The position numbers were made by a program, and so were the translations under genes. A stretch of 64,000 nt of DNA, taken from positions 134,416,001 to 134,480,000 of the forward strand of contig NC_091989.1 of the NCBI RefSeq assembly GCF_044704955.1. The letters run 5' to 3'. Each line of letters opens with the position of its first letter. Positions within the stretch are counted from its first letter, which is position 1. Below the pieces are notes generated by a model, which saw only the letters and a program-made list of their open reading frames with translations, had not been told where the DNA came from and did no database searches. This document shows, one piece after another, positions 62,700 through 64,000 of the stretch. Origin of the DNA: Pristiophorus japonicus (lineage: Eukaryota).

Positions 62700-63080
62700 T
62701 ACAATACTCCACTGTCCACAAGTCCCACTCTGCTATCACCTACACACTTGTGGCCCTCTTGGCTCCCCAGCATCCAAGCATTGAATTCAAAATCTTTGTC
62801 CTAATTTATAAATCTCTCCTTGCCTTCACTTAACCTTTGCAGCCCCCTCTAGCCCTGCTTACTAGTGCACACCTACTGATTTTCCAAATCTGGCATTGCT
62901 CCATCTCCACCTCACTCTGCTCCATCTTCAGTTGTTTTGGCTCTGCACCCTTGAGCACTCTCCCTAAACTCTTTCCTCATCTTCAAAAGCTTCCTCCACA
63001 CCTCTTTCATCATGGTGTCAGTTAACTACAATTCTATTACTGCTCACTGGCAGTTTTTAACCTCTGAAGTGTTTTTTTAA
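62700..63080 (+). mobile_element. Degenerate L2-like LINE 3' fragment (intronic)
   Basis: 'attgaattcaaaatctttgtcctaatttataaatctctc' (IEFKIFVLIYKSL) and similarity to 23830-24050. Confidence 0.55.
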
Positions 63081-63124
63081 TTTGTTACTGGGATGTTGGT
63101 ACACAGTCAGCCTTGCCCTTTTTT

Positions 63125-64000
63125 TCATTTGTTCCTGGGATGTGGATGTCGCTGGCAAGGCCAGCATTTACTGCCCATCCCTAATTGCCCTTCAGAAGGT
63201 GATGGTGAGCCGCCTACTTGAAAAGCTGCGGTCCGTGCAGTGAAGGTACTCCCACAGTGCTGTTAGGGAGGGAGTGCTAGGATTTTGACCCAGTGACGAC
63301 GAAGGAACGGCGATATATTTCCAAGTCCGGCTGGAGGGGAACTTGGAGGTGATGGTGTTCCCATGCGCCTGCTGCCCTTGTCCTTCTAGGTGGTAGAGGT
63401 CGCAGGTTTGGGATATGCTGCTGAAGAAACCTTGGCGAGTTGCTGCAGTGCAACATGTCGATGGTACGCACTGCAGCCACGATGCACCAGTGGTGGACGG
63501 AGTGACGTTTAAAGTGGTGGATGGCCAATCAAGTGCGCTGCTTTGACCTGTCGAGATTCTTAAGTGTTATTGGAGCTCTAAGTGGAGAGTATTCCATCAC
63601 ACTCCTGACTTGTGCCTTGTAGCTGGTGGAAAGACTTTGGGGAGTCAGGAGGAGACATCTGCCGCAGAAGACCCAGCCTCTGACCCGCTCTTGTAGCCGC
63701 AGTATTTATGTGGCTGGTCCAGTTAGGTTTCTGGTCAATGGTGACCCCCCAGGCTCTTGATGGTGGGGGATTTGGTGATGGTAATGCAGTTGAATGTCCA
63801 AGGGTGGTGGTTAGATTCTCGCTTGTTGGAACTAGTCATTCCCTAGCACTTGTGTGGCGAGAATGTTACATGCCACTTATCAGCCCAAGCCTGAATATCA
63901 TCCAGGTCTTACTGCATGTGGGCATGGCTGCTTCGTTATCTGAGGAGTTGCAAATGGAACTGAACACTGCAATCATCAGCGAACATCGCCATTTCTGACC
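63125..64000 (-). mobile_element. Non-LTR retrotransposon 3' portion (CR1-like, clade uncertain), intronic
   Basis: Minus strand reads SVHHWCIVAAVRTIDMLHCSNSPRFLQQHIPNLRPLPPRRTRAA and VVTGSKS*HSLP, typical of a LINE ORF2 C-terminus. Tail near 63125. Confidence 0.75.

Overview
Eukaryotic vertebrate DNA, most likely a cartilaginous fish (shark), judged from the repeat complement (DeuSINE/L2-type tails, CR1, Mag-like Ty3/Gypsy, two-gene Harbinger elements). The first ~61 kb is intergenic and dense with often nested transposons: four Ty3/Gypsy LTR elements with recognisable LTRs, PBS and 5-bp TSDs (12465-21587; 24061-28614; 45203-52362, which contains 48163-51227), six PIF/Harbinger elements or remnants (HARBI1-like transposase and/or a convergent spliced Myb/SANT partner gene), several Harbinger-type MITEs, and CR1/L2 LINE and SINE fragments. 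The only host gene I can support is the first coding exon of BRD7 (ATG 61338, donor after 61386) in a CpG island. Every transposon ORF is broken by stops or frameshifts. Most notable: CTCF-like motifs in the LTRs of four LTR families; a gag-deleted subfamily nested into its own integrase; a 15-residue coiled-coil repeat expansion in a Harbinger partner protein; crossed poly(A) signals between convergent Harbinger genes; and tandem MITEs with same-position but sequence-unrelated hairpins. All calls come from reading the sequence by eye, and no searches were run.
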